Source: Candidatus Multivoradales bacterium (GTDB lineage Bacteria; Acidobacteriota; Thermoanaerobaculia; Multivoradales; J023). From it: 64,000 nucleotides of DNA. Positions 28,300 through 38,921 of this stretch are shown here, in pieces. The translations under genes and the position numbers were made by a program. The stretch spans positions 1,216,001-1,280,000 of the forward strand of contig CBDFLE010000006.1 of NCBI GenBank assembly GCA_965248925.1, written 5' to 3'. Under the pieces are notes generated by a model. It saw only the letters and a list, made by a program, of their open reading frames with translations. It was not told the DNA's origin and made no database searches. Position 1 is the first letter of the stretch, and each line of letters opens with the position of its first letter.

Positions 28300-28446
28300 C
28301 GCGGTCGTGTTCTCCTCTGCCGAGATATATCCTTCGAGCCCAAATCAGGCGATTCGTACAATATTTAACTATCTTACACTAGTTCTGAGTTTTTCTAAAC
28401 TCAAAACTAAAATCTATCTCAGTTTTTCTAAGAAAAGTGACACGCT

Positions 28447-30489
28447 CTACTCGCCCACCAACCCCGACAGCACCCGATTGAGACGCTCGGCGCTTCGCCC
28501 ACCACCGGCGGTGGGTGAACCGTCCAAAGTGTCGAGGTCGCTCTGGGTGAGGTCGACCCGAGGAGCAAAAGCCATGCGGTGCAACTCGGCGGCCAGCCGA
28601 CGAGGCAGCGAGTCGGCGGTGTCGCCAGCCCGGGGACGGACCTCGGCACAGCTCAACACCGAGTCCTCGGGTCCCAGCAGGCAGGCCCGCCCCCCTGCCC
28701 CGTCACTGTCGACCTCGACGGCGAAACCCGAATTTGCGCGACGAAAACGGGGAGAACCTCGCAGCAAAGCCACTGCTTTTCTAGCTAAGGGCGAGTCACT
28801 GCTGCGAAACACCGTCGGCAAGCGCAGGCCCAGGCGGCGCACGGTTCCCGGATCGGCTTGCATGGCCAGATCGAAGAGGGCCAGGGAGCGCTTGGCATCA
28901 CCGTCGCGGCGAGCCGCTTCCCCACCCACCGCCGCCACCCGCGCCCGCAGCAACAGCTCGCTACTGGGCAACTCGGCCAGTGCCAACTCGGCGGCGCGCC
29001 AGGCTGCCCGCCAACCGCCCTGGTGATAGGCGATCTCGGCGGCTTGAGCGTCGAAGTAACCGCTGGCACCTTCGAGGTCCTCCTCGCTCCGCGCTCGACT
29101 GAGAGCCGCCGCCACCACCCCCGCGCCCAGCACCCCCACCAACTCCGGCCCGAGCCATTCGGGGAGTTCCACCGCACCGGCCAGATAGGGTCGCAGAGTA
29201 GCCACCAACATCCGCTCATCGGCCAGTAGCGAAGCTGCCCGACGGGCTGAGGCCCAGGCCCGCAAACGATGATGCCAACCAGCCAGCCGGGCCTTCGCCG
29301 CCGGCCGGAATTCGGCCCAGGAAGCCTCTTCGGCGGCCAGTTCGGCCGCCAGGCGCTGGGCCAGGGCATCGAGCAGCGCCGCCGCCGCTTGCATCTGCTC
29401 AGTCTCCGAGCTGGTGAAACCGGTGCGGTCGGGACGCTGCAATGTGCGGGCGGTGATCTTGGCCGCGGCGTCGGCACGCCCCGCCACCAGCATGAAGATC
29501 GCAGAGGTCATTTCGGCCTCGGCACGGTTCTGCTCGTCCATGAACGCCGGCTGGCGGCGACGCCAACGTAACATCCGCCGGAACGAGTCGAGAGCCTCTG
29601 AGGTGCGCCCCTCGGCAAGGTATAGCTGGGTGAGATCCATCCACGGATTCGACACCGTGCCGCGAGCGAAGCGGCCGGTGCCTTCGAGAATGTAGCGTTC
29701 AGCAAGATCGAACCGCAGCACCCCGAGGGCGCTCTCGGCAGCGTTGGTGTAGACCGCCGGGCCACCAAAGCTCGATTGACGGTCGTAGTGCACGGCCTGG
29801 ATGCAGGCGTCGAAAGAAGCCTGACGATCGTGCAGTTCAGCTTCAATGGCGCATAGGGCAGTAAGGGCGGTGGCGACCTGGTCGGGTTGATCGAGCAGCA
29901 GCATTCCCTCGAGGACCGCCCGCCGGGCTTCCTCGTAATGCCGCAAACGCATCAGCGGCCAAGCGCGATCCGCTGGCCATTGAGGCTGGTAGGACTGATC
30001 GTGAAGGGCCAGAAAATGGATCTTCTGCTGATGCCGCCCCATCTCGCCACTGACCTGAGCCAGCTCTCCGAGCACCGCTCCATGCCAAAACCAAGGTGCC
30101 GAGGAGTCGGGGTTGGCGCCGTACTGCTCCTCGAACAGCTCCAGGCCCCGTTGCAGATGAAAGAAAGCGCGGGGCAGATTGCCCTCGCCTCGGTGTTGGG
30201 CCATGCCGAGCAGAACATGGCCGGTGAAGGCCTCGGGATCTTCGAGCAGGATCTCCTCGGCAATCTCCCGCGCCCGTACGTAGCCACCAGCACGCACCGT
30301 CTCGAATCCTGCTTGGGCGCGCAAATCAAGCCCCAGGCCAGCGGTCTGATCGAGCAGCTCGATCGACTCCAACTCATCTTGGGCGCTACCCTTGCTGAGC
30401 GCTAGTCCGGCGACCAGCACTAGCAGCAGCACCCGGCCGGCAGAGCGCCAAGATACCGCTGGGGCGGAAAGTTGCGCGGAAAGGAACAC
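28447..30489 (-). CDS. Secreted TPR-like helical-repeat protein
   Basis: Signal-like N-terminus, Ala/Leu-rich helical repeats; GTG start right after the MoxR stop. Confidence 0.75.
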   Translation of the reverse strand: MFLSAQLSAPAVSWRSAGRVLLLVLVAGLALSKGSAQDELESIELLDQTAGLGLDLRAQAGFETVRAGGYVRAREIAEEILLEDPEAFTGHVLLGMAQHRGEGNLPRAFFHLQRGLELFEEQYGANPDSSAPWFWHGAVLGELAQVSGEMGRHQQKIHFLALHDQSYQPQWPADRAWPLMRLRHYEEARRAVLEGMLLLDQPDQVATALTALCAIEAELHDRQASFDACIQAVHYDRQSSFGGPAVYTNAAESALGVLRFDLAERYILEGTGRFARGTVSNPWMDLTQLYLAEGRTSEALDSFRRMLRWRRRQPAFMDEQNRAEAEMTSAIFMLVAGRADAAAKITARTLQRPDRTGFTSSETEQMQAAAALLDALAQRLAAELAAEEASWAEFRPAAKARLAGWHHRLRAWASARRAASLLADERMLVATLRPYLAGAVELPEWLGPELVGVLGAGVVAAALSRARSEEDLEGASGYFDAQAAEIAYHQGGWRAAWRAAELALAELPSSELLLRARVAAVGGEAARRDGDAKRSLALFDLAMQADPGTVRRLGLRLPTVFRSSDSPLARKAVALLRGSPRFRRANSGFAVEVDSDGAGGRACLLGPEDSVLSCAEVRPRAGDTADSLPRRLAAELHRMAFAPRVDLTQSDLDTLDGSPTAGGGRSAERLNRVLSGLVGE

Positions 30490-30490
30490 C

Positions 30491-31723
30491 TCAGCGCCGC
30501 CGCAGCGTCCCGCGAGCGAGGCGCTCAAGCGGTTGCGCCATCGCGTCGGCCAACACTTCCTCCAGTTCGGTGACCCCCGGCGCCAGGTCGAGGCGATGGC
30601 CGAACACCCGCGGCGCCAGCAGCTGAATATCGTCACTGCTCACCCAATCGCGGCCGGCGAGTGCCGCCTGCGCCTGCAACGCCGGCATTAGCAGCACCAG
30701 GCTGCGGGTCGAGTTGCCAAGCAACACCCGCTCATCGGCGCGGATGTTGCGCGAAATATCCACCAAGCATTCCCGCAATGGATCGCCCAACGCCACCCCG
30801 TCTTCAATCGCCCGCCGCGCCGCCAACACCTCCAGCCGACTCACCCGCGGCAGATCGAGACGCGCCAGGTCGCGGCGCTGGCGGTAGGTGCGCAAGACCT
30901 CGATCTCGGGTTCGCGATCGATGTGGTCCATGCGAATCTTGAACAAGAAACGGTCGAGCTGCGGCGCCGGCAAGGGATAGGTGCCAGCCAAGTCGAGCGG
31001 ATTCTGGGTGGCGATGACAAAGAAGAGGTCGTCCAAGGGATGGGTCACGTTGTCGACCGTCACCTGCTTCTCGGCCATCGCCTCGAGCATCGCCGCCTGC
31101 ACCTTGGGCGAGGTGCGATTGATCTCGTCGGCCAGCACCACATGGGCGAAGATCGGCCCGCGACGAAACTCGAAGGTATGGCGCGTGGCGTCAAAGACCG
31201 AGACGCCGGTGACATCCGAAGGCAGCAGATCCGGAGTGAACTGAATGCGCCGGAAGTTGGCGATGACCTCGTCGTCGTTCTGCGGATCGACGATCGACAA
31301 ACCCAGCGCCTTGGCCAGCGTGGTCTTGCCCGATCCAGGGAAATCTTCAAGCAGCACATGGCCATCGCTGAGCAGCGCCACCAACACCAGATCGATCACC
31401 TCGTCGCGACCCAGAACCTGGGCTCGCAAGCGAGCGCGAAGACGATTGAGAACGTCCAGAGCGAGGTCAAAGTCCTGCTCTGCTGGCACTGCTGGCACTG
31501 CTGGCGAGGCGGTCGTCAGCAGCGGCACCAGCGGCACCAGCGGCACTAGCGGCACTAGCGGCACAACCGCAACATCAGCAAGCGCCCCGGAGCTGACTTC
31601 CGCGAGATCGATCTGCATCGTCTGGGTTTGGTCGTCAGGATCACCAACGGTCGAGGATGGCATGGTCGAGGGATCTTCTAGAGGTGCCGTGGGGAGGCCA
31701 TCTTCGGGTTCGAAAGGGCTCAT
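30491..31723 (-). CDS. moxR: MoxR-family AAA+ ATPase
   Basis: HVLLEDFPGSGKTTLA, RIQFTPDLLPSDVTG, LADEINRTSPKVQ, ATQNP, LDRF. Confidence 0.95.
   Translation of the reverse strand: MSPFEPEDGLPTAPLEDPSTMPSSTVGDPDDQTQTMQIDLAEVSSGALADVAVVPLVPLVPLVPLVPLLTTASPAVPAVPAEQDFDLALDVLNRLRARLRAQVLGRDEVIDLVLVALLSDGHVLLEDFPGSGKTTLAKALGLSIVDPQNDDEVIANFRRIQFTPDLLPSDVTGVSVFDATRHTFEFRRGPIFAHVVLADEINRTSPKVQAAMLEAMAEKQVTVDNVTHPLDDLFFVIATQNPLDLAGTYPLPAPQLDRFLFKIRMDHIDREPEIEVLRTYRQRRDLARLDLPRVSRLEVLAARRAIEDGVALGDPLRECLVDISRNIRADERVLLGNSTRSLVLLMPALQAQAALAGRDWVSSDDIQLLAPRVFGHRLDLAPGVTELEEVLADAMAQPLERLARGTLRRR
31481..31565 (-). repeat. In-frame 9-bp repeats in the moxR N-terminal extension (VPL x5, PAV x2)
   Basis: AGCGGCAC[CTA] x5 at 31521-31565; TGCTGGCAC repeats at 31481-31506. 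Confidence 0.85.
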
Positions 31724-31787
31724 CGGATCTCCAAGATGAAACAGATGAAAGGCGGACGAGAATCTATCGGCAGTGCTGCGGGGCTCA

Positions 31788-34031
31788 TCAGTGGACCCCC
31801 AACCAAGAGAATGGGTTGGCCAGGCCCAGTAGACGGCGCCAAGCCGGCACGCGATGGCGGAGTTGCTCACCCAACTTGCTCGACAATTGCCGCCAAGCAA
31901 CCTCAGATTCCACCCGACGGCTGCCGAAGGCGGCGGCTAAATGTCCGCCGGTCAGGTCGACAAAGGCCGGCGAAGTCGCCTCAACCCGACGGGCAAAGTG
32001 CTCGCGACTCTCGCCAAAACGCCGCCGCAAACCGATTTCAGCCAGCCGATCGAGGGCTGCCCGATAGGCTACCCGGTAGAGTTCTCCGGCGCCTACGAAG
32101 CGAGGTGCGACCCGGCGGTAGAGCTTGACCAAGGCCGCCGCCAACCCCAGCAGCAAGGCCAAAATCCCCAGCCAACGGGCCCAACGCCGCAGATTGAATG
32201 CCGCCGCCAACTGATCTTCTTCGAGCGGCCGCCGAGCCTGGCGCATCATCTCGCCAAGCATCCGCTGCAATGCCTGATCGGGGTCTTCGACCGCATCATC
32301 CAGAGTCCGCTCAGGAGCAAGGTCGACCACCACCCAACCAACTCCTTCGAGGTAGATCTCAGGCCAGGCATGGGCATCGGCTCCGCGGATCATCACCGCC
32401 GAGCCACCCCCACGCGCCGCTTCGGCAACGGCATAGCCCGAAGCCACTCGCGCCGGCACTCCCAAGGTGCGCAGCAGGTAGGTGGCGGCGTGAGCGAAGT
32501 GGACACAGTAGCCGGTGAGGTCGCCAAAGAGGAACGAGGCCGCTGGATCGGCGGCGCCGGCATGTTTGGAGTTCAGGCTGTAGATCCCCTCGCGATCGAG
32601 ATATGCCTTCACCGCCAACGCCTGTCCCAGCGGATCGTCGCGATAGTCCTCGTGCAAAATCGAGGTCATAGTCGCCGCCAGCTCGGCGTAACGCGGATCG
32701 TTCGGCGCCTCGGTGTAATGCCGCCAAACCTGCTCGTCCCAATCCGCCGCCCCCGGTCGCTGGCCAAGCATCTCCTGATAAGGCAAGACCTGGACATGCG
32801 ACACCGCCTCGAAAGCCCGCTGAAAACGCATCGTGCTCGGATTGCGACTCGGCCGCAGCTCGACCGGCGAATCGAGGGCAAACGGCTTGACGTGATCGAC
32901 CAACAAGCCCGTGCTGGTGTGCAAAGCGCGGCGCTGCTCAGAGAGAGGCGGTGCGTGATCGAGGCGCAAGACGGAACTGGGAAAATAATGCACCACATCC
33001 AGATCGACATCGTCGCGGGTGGCCTGCACCAGGCGTCGGCCGTTGTATTGCGAGAACACCGCCTGGCGGAAATAGTAGACCCCGGAAGGAGGTGCATAGT
33101 CGTCGTGTAGCACCACCACCGCCACCGGCGACTGCCGACCGTCGCTCTGATATTGATCCTTGAATTGCAGATCCCCTAGTTGCGGCAGGCTCTGGCCGCC
33201 GCGTTCGCGCCGTTGGCCGCGGCCCCCTTCCCCGGGCTCTGCCTCGGCCGGATCGCCGGTCAAGCCCAGACCACCGCCGGCACTCGGCCCCGGTAAGTCC
33301 TCCGGCCGCACCAGCAGAAGGAAAGCCAGCGCCACCAAAAGCAACGGAAGAAAATGCAACAGCAAACGGCGGCCTGAACTCGTCGTCTCCGAATCTTCAA
33401 GCTGCCGACCAGCGGCCACCCAAGGCAACGACCCGGCAAGAGTGCCGGCTTCGACGACCCCACCGCGTCGACCCCGCCGCAACAACAAGGCCGCCAATAC
33501 CAGGCTGCCGAGACCCCCCAAGGCCAAGAGTGGTAGTTCCGGTGACAGGCCACGGCTCCACGCCCAATCGCCGAGCCACAGCGGCCGATGCAATTTGAGA
33601 TCGCGGTGAGCGGCGACGCTGGCGACCAACGCCACCCCCACCAGAATCACCTCCAGCACCGCCATCGACGGTCGCCGCGCCGCCACCAGGCGCAACGCCA
33701 GCACCCCCGGCAGCAGCAAGGCTAGCCAGAGCATGGCCTCGCCCGCCGCCAGAGCCATCACCGGCCCGGCCAGCTCGGCCGGCCAGGAGGCACGAACCCA
33801 CCACCGCGCAACCACCACAGCGAACACCGCAGCGGCCAAGGCCAGGCTCAGCACCGAGGCGGTACGCAACCGACTACGACTCAGTCGGTCGCCGGCCAAG
33901 GCACCGATCAGCGCTCCGAGAACCGCCGCCATCACCCCCGCGCCAACGCTCAAAGGCCAGCTCATGACCCCCGCGGCCAGCCCCAGGATCGAAGCTCGCA
34001 GCAGCGACACCAGGCGCGGACGCCGGTTCAT
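31788..34031 (-). CDS. Membrane transglutaminase-domain protein (TgpA-like)
   Basis: Several N-terminal TMs; GYCVHFA (Cys), AHAWPEIY (His), VVDLAP (Asp). Confidence 0.9.
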   Translation of the reverse strand: MNRRPRLVSLLRASILGLAAGVMSWPLSVGAGVMAAVLGALIGALAGDRLSRSRLRTASVLSLALAAAVFAVVVARWWVRASWPAELAGPVMALAAGEAMLWLALLLPGVLALRLVAARRPSMAVLEVILVGVALVASVAAHRDLKLHRPLWLGDWAWSRGLSPELPLLALGGLGSLVLAALLLRRGRRGGVVEAGTLAGSLPWVAAGRQLEDSETTSSGRRLLLHFLPLLLVALAFLLLVRPEDLPGPSAGGGLGLTGDPAEAEPGEGGRGQRRERGGQSLPQLGDLQFKDQYQSDGRQSPVAVVVLHDDYAPPSGVYYFRQAVFSQYNGRRLVQATRDDVDLDVVHYFPSSVLRLDHAPPLSEQRRALHTSTGLLVDHVKPFALDSPVELRPSRNPSTMRFQRAFEAVSHVQVLPYQEMLGQRPGAADWDEQVWRHYTEAPNDPRYAELAATMTSILHEDYRDDPLGQALAVKAYLDREGIYSLNSKHAGAADPAASFLFGDLTGYCVHFAHAATYLLRTLGVPARVASGYAVAEAARGGGSAVMIRGADAHAWPEIYLEGVGWVVVDLAPERTLDDAVEDPDQALQRMLGEMMRQARRPLEEDQLAAAFNLRRWARWLGILALLLGLAAALVKLYRRVAPRFVGAGELYRVAYRAALDRLAEIGLRRRFGESREHFARRVEATSPAFVDLTGGHLAAAFGSRRVESEVAWRQLSSKLGEQLRHRVPAWRRLLGLANPFSWLGVH

Positions 34032-35407
34032 GCCAACACCCCCAGGGCACGGCGCCGATCCTCACCAAAAGAGCGGCCGGTCACCCGGTCGACCACCACC
34101 GCCGGGCAAGCCGCGCCGCTCAGCGGGCGCAGAACTTCGGTAATCTCTCGCACCGAGCTGCCGAGGCGTGGCGCGGCGGTCCACAGCAATCGCTGCCACA
34201 GGGCTCCTGGCCGATTCTGCAGCACTCCGTCAGTGCCGAGAACGAACGACAGTCTTCCCGGGCGCGCCCGCGCCGCCGCCAGCGCCGCCTCGGTCCAGGC
34301 GCCGCGACGGGCAGCGGCGAAGACAATGCAGTGAATCTCACCCCGAGCGGCAGTTTGTTCGAGAAAGCTAGCCAGCCCTTCCCCCCCATCACCACTCCAG
34401 CTCGCCGACCGGGCGAGCGCTTCGAGGGCCGGCTCAAGGCTGTCGATCACCGCCGACGTACCATCGGCACCGAACAGCCAGCCCTCGCCCAAAACACCGC
34501 TTTCGAGCGCCACTCTGGCGGCCGCGGCGGCGGCTTCATCGCCCTCGCCAGCAGCCAAATAGGCCACCGTGCGCCGCGACCGGGCAACGCTACGCTCGGG
34601 GGTGCGCACATGCAGCTGACGGGTTCGGGCGTAGGTCTTCCAGAGCACGAAACGCAGCGGATCGCCCGGTGCATAGCGGCGGAATTCCATACGGTCCCCT
34701 TCCGGCTCTCCTGCCGGATGAGGCAGCCCCTCGCCAGCGGCCATCGACTGGATCGTGTCGAGGCGCCGCAGCCGGCCCACATTGGGCAGCACGGTGAGCG
34801 GCTGACCAGAGACCACCTCGCGCGCCAGCCGGCAAAGTCCGAAAACATCGTAAATCTCGAGCCGGCGGCGTACCCCGGCGACCCGCCCCCGGCGATGCGC
34901 CACCACCTCTTCTCGCAGCAGCCGACCCCGGCGGCGGCGGCGCACCTCGACCCCGGCGGGAGCCAGCCACTGCCAATCCACCTCGATCATTGGCCAAGCC
35001 GCCAAAGTCGGCAAAGAAAAGCCGGTGGTCAGCGGCGAGCCAGCTTCCAGGAGGGTCGGCTGGCCACTCTGGGCGGCGGCCAAGCTGCGACCCAGCCACC
35101 AAGCCGCGACCGAGACCAGCAGCATCGCCAGCGCCATCGTCACCAAGCCAGCGATACCCATCACTAACAACACCCGATCGAGCTTGGAAAAGCCATAGAA
35201 CCACAGCGCCAGCACACAGACCGTGGTCAGCAACAGTCCGCGTCCAGTCGGCGGCAAGCGATCCGCCCAACGACCCCAGACGCGCCGCAGACGACGCCAA
35301 AAACTGGCGGCGCGGGGGCTGGTGATAGTCGGCAATCCCATATCGATAACTTCGGCCCATCGCCGCGGCTGGATCGCCGCGAGCGGTGGACGGTGCAATT
35401 CTCGCAT
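34028..35407 (-). CDS. DUF58-domain protein; start uncertain
   Basis: DVFGL, EFRRYAPGDPLRFVLWKTYART. Confidence 0.88.
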   Translation of the reverse strand: MRELHRPPLAAIQPRRWAEVIDMGLPTITSPRAASFWRRLRRVWGRWADRLPPTGRGLLLTTVCVLALWFYGFSKLDRVLLVMGIAGLVTMALAMLLVSVAAWWLGRSLAAAQSGQPTLLEAGSPLTTGFSLPTLAAWPMIEVDWQWLAPAGVEVRRRRRGRLLREEVVAHRRGRVAGVRRRLEIYDVFGLCRLAREVVSGQPLTVLPNVGRLRRLDTIQSMAAGEGLPHPAGEPEGDRMEFRRYAPGDPLRFVLWKTYARTRQLHVRTPERSVARSRRTVAYLAAGEGDEAAAAAARVALESGVLGEGWLFGADGTSAVIDSLEPALEALARSASWSGDGGEGLASFLEQTAARGEIHCIVFAAARRGAWTEAALAAARARPGRLSFVLGTDGVLQNRPGALWQRLLWTAAPRLGSSVREITEVLRPLSGAACPAVVVDRVTGRSFGEDRRRALGVLA

Positions 35408-35606
35408 GGTTCGGCTGCTGCTTCGCCAGCGTCCGCGACGCTTCCCTGGACCGTCCACTTTTTCTGACAGATTTCCTGATCACCTACCGCGAATGGGTCC
35501 CGCAGACCTACCTCTGCCGTACCGCCGGGTGGCACGTACTTTGCGACTCTGGGAGCAGGGTTCCGTGCATTCCTACTCTGCCCCGCCGTCTGGAGACTCT
35601 GTCGCT

Positions 35607-37019
35607 ATGACCCGACTTGGCTTCGATTCCACCCCCCGGTCCCTAGTCCATGCCCGCTGGCGGGGAGTGTTGGCCGTCATTCACTTCGTTGGCGTGCTGC
35701 TGCCAGGGCTGCTGGCCACCACCGCTCTTGCCCAACCAGTCGGCGAGGAAGAACCCCACTTCTTTATCGAACGTCTGCGGGTCGAGGGCTTGCAGCGGGT
35801 CTCCCCCGAGCTGATCATCGCTGAGACGCTGCTCGAATCTGAGCGGGTCTACAGCGAAGGGGACTTGCGCGCCGCGATCTACCGCCTGCAGCGGCTGCCC
35901 TTCGTACTCGACGCGGACTTCACCCTCGGCCGGGGTAGCCAGCGCGGTCGCTACGAGTTGCAAATCATGGTGCGCGAGACCCGTCCTTTCTTTTTCTCCA
36001 GCACTTGGGCCACGACCTTGTTCAACAACGGCGTGCGGGAATCGCGAGACAGTTCTGACACGGAATCTTCCACCCAACTCGGTTGGCGTTTCTTCGTCGG
36101 CCGCTCGGGGGTGCTGTTCGCCGCCTTCGGGGTCGACGGCGGCAGCCTCGGCGGCGGTGCGCAGCTGGGCTTCACTCAATACGATCTGCTCGGACGCGGC
36201 ATCTTTCTCAGCCTCACCTTGGCCAAGAACGGCTGTTGCGAGACCGCTTTCCCGCTCGGCCTCGACCCGACTTTCAGCGAGTGGGATACAGACGGCGCCT
36301 TCCGCACATCGATCACCCTCGGCGTGCCGCTGAACCGCAACCAATCAATACAGCTGGCCCTCTCCAACCTCGAGAGTTCCGATCAACAAGGGCGGCGCTT
36401 GCTGCAGACCGAGCTCGGCGCGATCCTGGCCTACAACACCCTGCGCCACCGCAACATCACCCTGTCGTGGAACCTCGACACCACCGACGATCCTCTGTTC
36501 CCAAGTCGCGGCTTGGAGCTCAGCGGCGGCATCGAATTGGGTCTGTTAGAGGCCAACCTGATCGCCCAAACCGACGTCGAAAGTGATGTGCTGGGTCCGC
36601 CGACAGACCTGGACAACCGCTTCTGGCGCGCCTTCGCCAGCGCCTCCCGGCACTTTCCGCTCAACCGCCGCACCACCGCCAGCCTGGGCGCCCGCCTGGC
36701 CGCTGGGCACTCAGAGATTCGCAACCTGCCGGCTGGCCTCGGCACGACCATTTCAGCTGAGGATCTAGAGGTCATCGAACTGGCGCTGAGCAGTCGGCTA
36801 TCGGTCGATCTACTGCCGCGGCGGCGCCACCGGCGCTGGGGCGAACTGCGCTGGGAAACCAATGGGGTTTACAGCTACTCCCACCTGTCGCCGGCTTGCT
36901 TGCTGCCGCTGAGCGAACTCGAACAAGCCACCCTGACTACTTCACTGGCGCTGCGCAACCGCTGGGGAGTACTGCGCTTGGGCTTCAGCTTCGTCAGCCT
37001 GGAGAATATTTTTATTTGA
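35607..37019 (+). CDS. Omp85/BamA-TamA-like outer-membrane protein with one POTRA domain
   Basis: Signal peptide, IERLRVEGLQRVSPELI (POTRA), DTTDDPLFPSRG, amphipathic beta strands. Confidence 0.75.
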   Translation: MTRLGFDSTPRSLVHARWRGVLAVIHFVGVLLPGLLATTALAQPVGEEEPHFFIERLRVEGLQRVSPELIIAETLLESERVYSEGDLRAAIYRLQRLPFVLDADFTLGRGSQRGRYELQIMVRETRPFFFSSTWATTLFNNGVRESRDSSDTESSTQLGWRFFVGRSGVLFAAFGVDGGSLGGGAQLGFTQYDLLGRGIFLSLTLAKNGCCETAFPLGLDPTFSEWDTDGAFRTSITLGVPLNRNQSIQLALSNLESSDQQGRRLLQTELGAILAYNTLRHRNITLSWNLDTTDDPLFPSRGLELSGGIELGLLEANLIAQTDVESDVLGPPTDLDNRFWRAFASASRHFPLNRRTTASLGARLAAGHSEIRNLPAGLGTTISAEDLEVIELALSSRLSVDLLPRRRHRRWGELRWETNGVYSYSHLSPACLLPLSELEQATLTTSLALRNRWGVLRLGFSFVSLENIFI

Positions 37020-37654
37020 ACCTTGGCCGGCCGCTAGCCGCGGCCCTTCTGCTGCTCGCTCTGGCCGCCGCCACGGTCAGCGCCGAGCCCTGTCCTGAGC
37101 CAGCCGAACCCGGTAGCCGACGGCAGATGGCCCTGCCCCAGGTGTTGAGCGAGCCCGAGGTGCGACGCAATCTCGACTCTGGCCTCACCACCACCTTCGT
37201 GCTGCGCTTGCAGCCTCGCGGTAAGGAGCCGGTGGGCGGAGCCCGCTTGGAAATACGCTACGAACCTTGGGATCAGGTCTACCACGTCCGCGCCCGGGGA
37301 AGCGATGGCGAGTCGCGCCGCCGCACCCTGCGCTCCTTCGACGAGTTACAGCTGTGGTGGCGAGCATTGCGCTTGCCGGTACTGGCGGCCGATGCCGAGA
37401 GCGAACGCCTACGCCTGGTGCTCGACGTCATTCCTTTCTCCGCCGCCGAGGAACGCGACGCCGAACGCTGGCTAGCCGGCAAACTGAGCAAGGCGGCCAG
37501 CGGCCGGCGCAACGCTGATGATGTGGGCCAGGGACGCGACGAAACCCCAGAAGCACTCAGCCAGACCCTGAATGCCCTGATCGCCACTTCGATTCGCCGC
37601 GATCCTCTACAGACCTTTCGCTGGGTCTGCGAGCCGGAGGAGGAGGGCCGATGA
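37016..37654 (+). CDS. DUF4390-like periplasmic protein
   Basis: Signal peptide, LDSGLTTTF, IRYEPWDQVY; lies upstream of an NtrY-like kinase. Confidence 0.6.
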   Translation: MNLGRPLAAALLLLALAAATVSAEPCPEPAEPGSRRQMALPQVLSEPEVRRNLDSGLTTTFVLRLQPRGKEPVGGARLEIRYEPWDQVYHVRARGSDGESRRRTLRSFDELQLWWRALRLPVLAADAESERLRLVLDVIPFSAAEERDAERWLAGKLSKAASGRRNADDVGQGRDETPEALSQTLNALIATSIRRDPLQTFRWVCEPEEEGR

Positions 37655-38907
37655 GATGGCCAGCGCGGCTGCGACGCCCCCTGCTGACGGCACTGGTGCT
37701 GGCCACCCTGGCGACCCTTGCCTTCGCTGCTTTTCAACGCCGTTTAAGCGGCGCCTGGCCGCGCCTCGACGTGCCTGACGAAGCCCTCGAACACCTCGCC
37801 GCGTCGATCGAAGACCAACGCCTGCTGGCGGAACTCGATGGCGACAACACGGCTACCTATCGTCAACGCTCGCAGGAGATCAACACCCTGAGCGGCCGGC
37901 TGCAGATCTTGGCGCGCAGCCGTGGCGAGCTAACCCGCAGTTATGACCTGACCCTGCTCGGGGTCTTCGTCATCACCTTGGCGGGGGTGGGAGCCCTCTG
38001 GGTGCTGCGCCAGGGCCGCCTCGAAGGGCGCCTCGAACACCTGGGTAACGCCCTCGAACAACTCGCCGCTGGCCGCACCGACCTCGAACTCGGAGAAAGC
38101 GGCGGTGGCACCCTAGGGCAGGTGGCACGAATGATCGAACGCACCTCGCGAGTAATGGCCAGCGACCGCCGGCGGCTGCGCTCGTTGCGCAATCTATCGG
38201 CATGGCAAGAGGCCGCCCGTCGCCATGCCCATGAGATGCGTACACCGCTGACCGCTGCCCGGTTGGAACTCATCCGCCTGCAAGAGCTGGCCGAGCAGGA
38301 TACCGGCGAGCGCGGAACAGAGGCCCGCCGAGCGGTATCGAGCGTGCTGCAAGAACTCAATCGCCTGGTCCGCTTCACCGAGCACTTCACCTCCTTCGCT
38401 CGGCTGCCGGAACCACAGACTCAGCGGGTCGACCTCGGGGCTCTGGTAGAGGAATTCAGCACTACCTTCGCTGCCGCGTGGCCTAATCTCGAGCTGCAGT
38501 TCGAGTCCCAGGACGATCTGCCAGAGAGCGGTTCCTTCACTGTCGAGGCCGACCGCGACATGTTGCGTCAGGTGTTGGTGAACCTCTGCGACAACAGCTC
38601 GCAGTCCCTCGGCCAAGACTCTGGCCGGGTCCAGCTGCGGCTCTCCCACGGCCCCTCGGACAGCATCTATCTGGAGCTTGGCGACAACGGCCCGGGCGTC
38701 GACCCGGCGGTGCGTGAAGACCTATTCGCGCCCTACACCACCACCCGCGGCATCGGCGAAGGCATGGGCCTGGGATTGGCAATTTGCAAGAAAATTCAAC
38801 TCGACCACGGCGGTGACCTGGAACTACTCGACTCCTCGGCCACCGGCACCACTTTCCGCCTCCGCTTTCCACCACCACCCTCAGCCAGCGATCAAGCCGC
38901 CAGCTGA
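37651..38907 (+). CDS. HAMP-type sensor histidine kinase (NtrY-like)
   Basis: AWQEAARRHAHEMRTPLT, NLCDNS, DNGPG, PYTTTR, GMGLGLAI. Confidence 0.92.
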   Translation: MRWPARLRRPLLTALVLATLATLAFAAFQRRLSGAWPRLDVPDEALEHLAASIEDQRLLAELDGDNTATYRQRSQEINTLSGRLQILARSRGELTRSYDLTLLGVFVITLAGVGALWVLRQGRLEGRLEHLGNALEQLAAGRTDLELGESGGGTLGQVARMIERTSRVMASDRRRLRSLRNLSAWQEAARRHAHEMRTPLTAARLELIRLQELAEQDTGERGTEARRAVSSVLQELNRLVRFTEHFTSFARLPEPQTQRVDLGALVEEFSTTFAAAWPNLELQFESQDDLPESGSFTVEADRDMLRQVLVNLCDNSSQSLGQDSGRVQLRLSHGPSDSIYLELGDNGPGVDPAVREDLFAPYTTTRGIGEGMGLGLAICKKIQLDHGGDLELLDSSATGTTFRLRFPPPPSASDQAAS

Positions 38908-38921
38908 GCAAGGAATCAACC

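Noticed and set aside
28447-35407. MoxR operon as the ATPase core of the protease/STAND-like loci
   Set aside because: It is a DUF58/transglutaminase-type operon, more than 8 kb from locus B and separated from it by unrelated genes.
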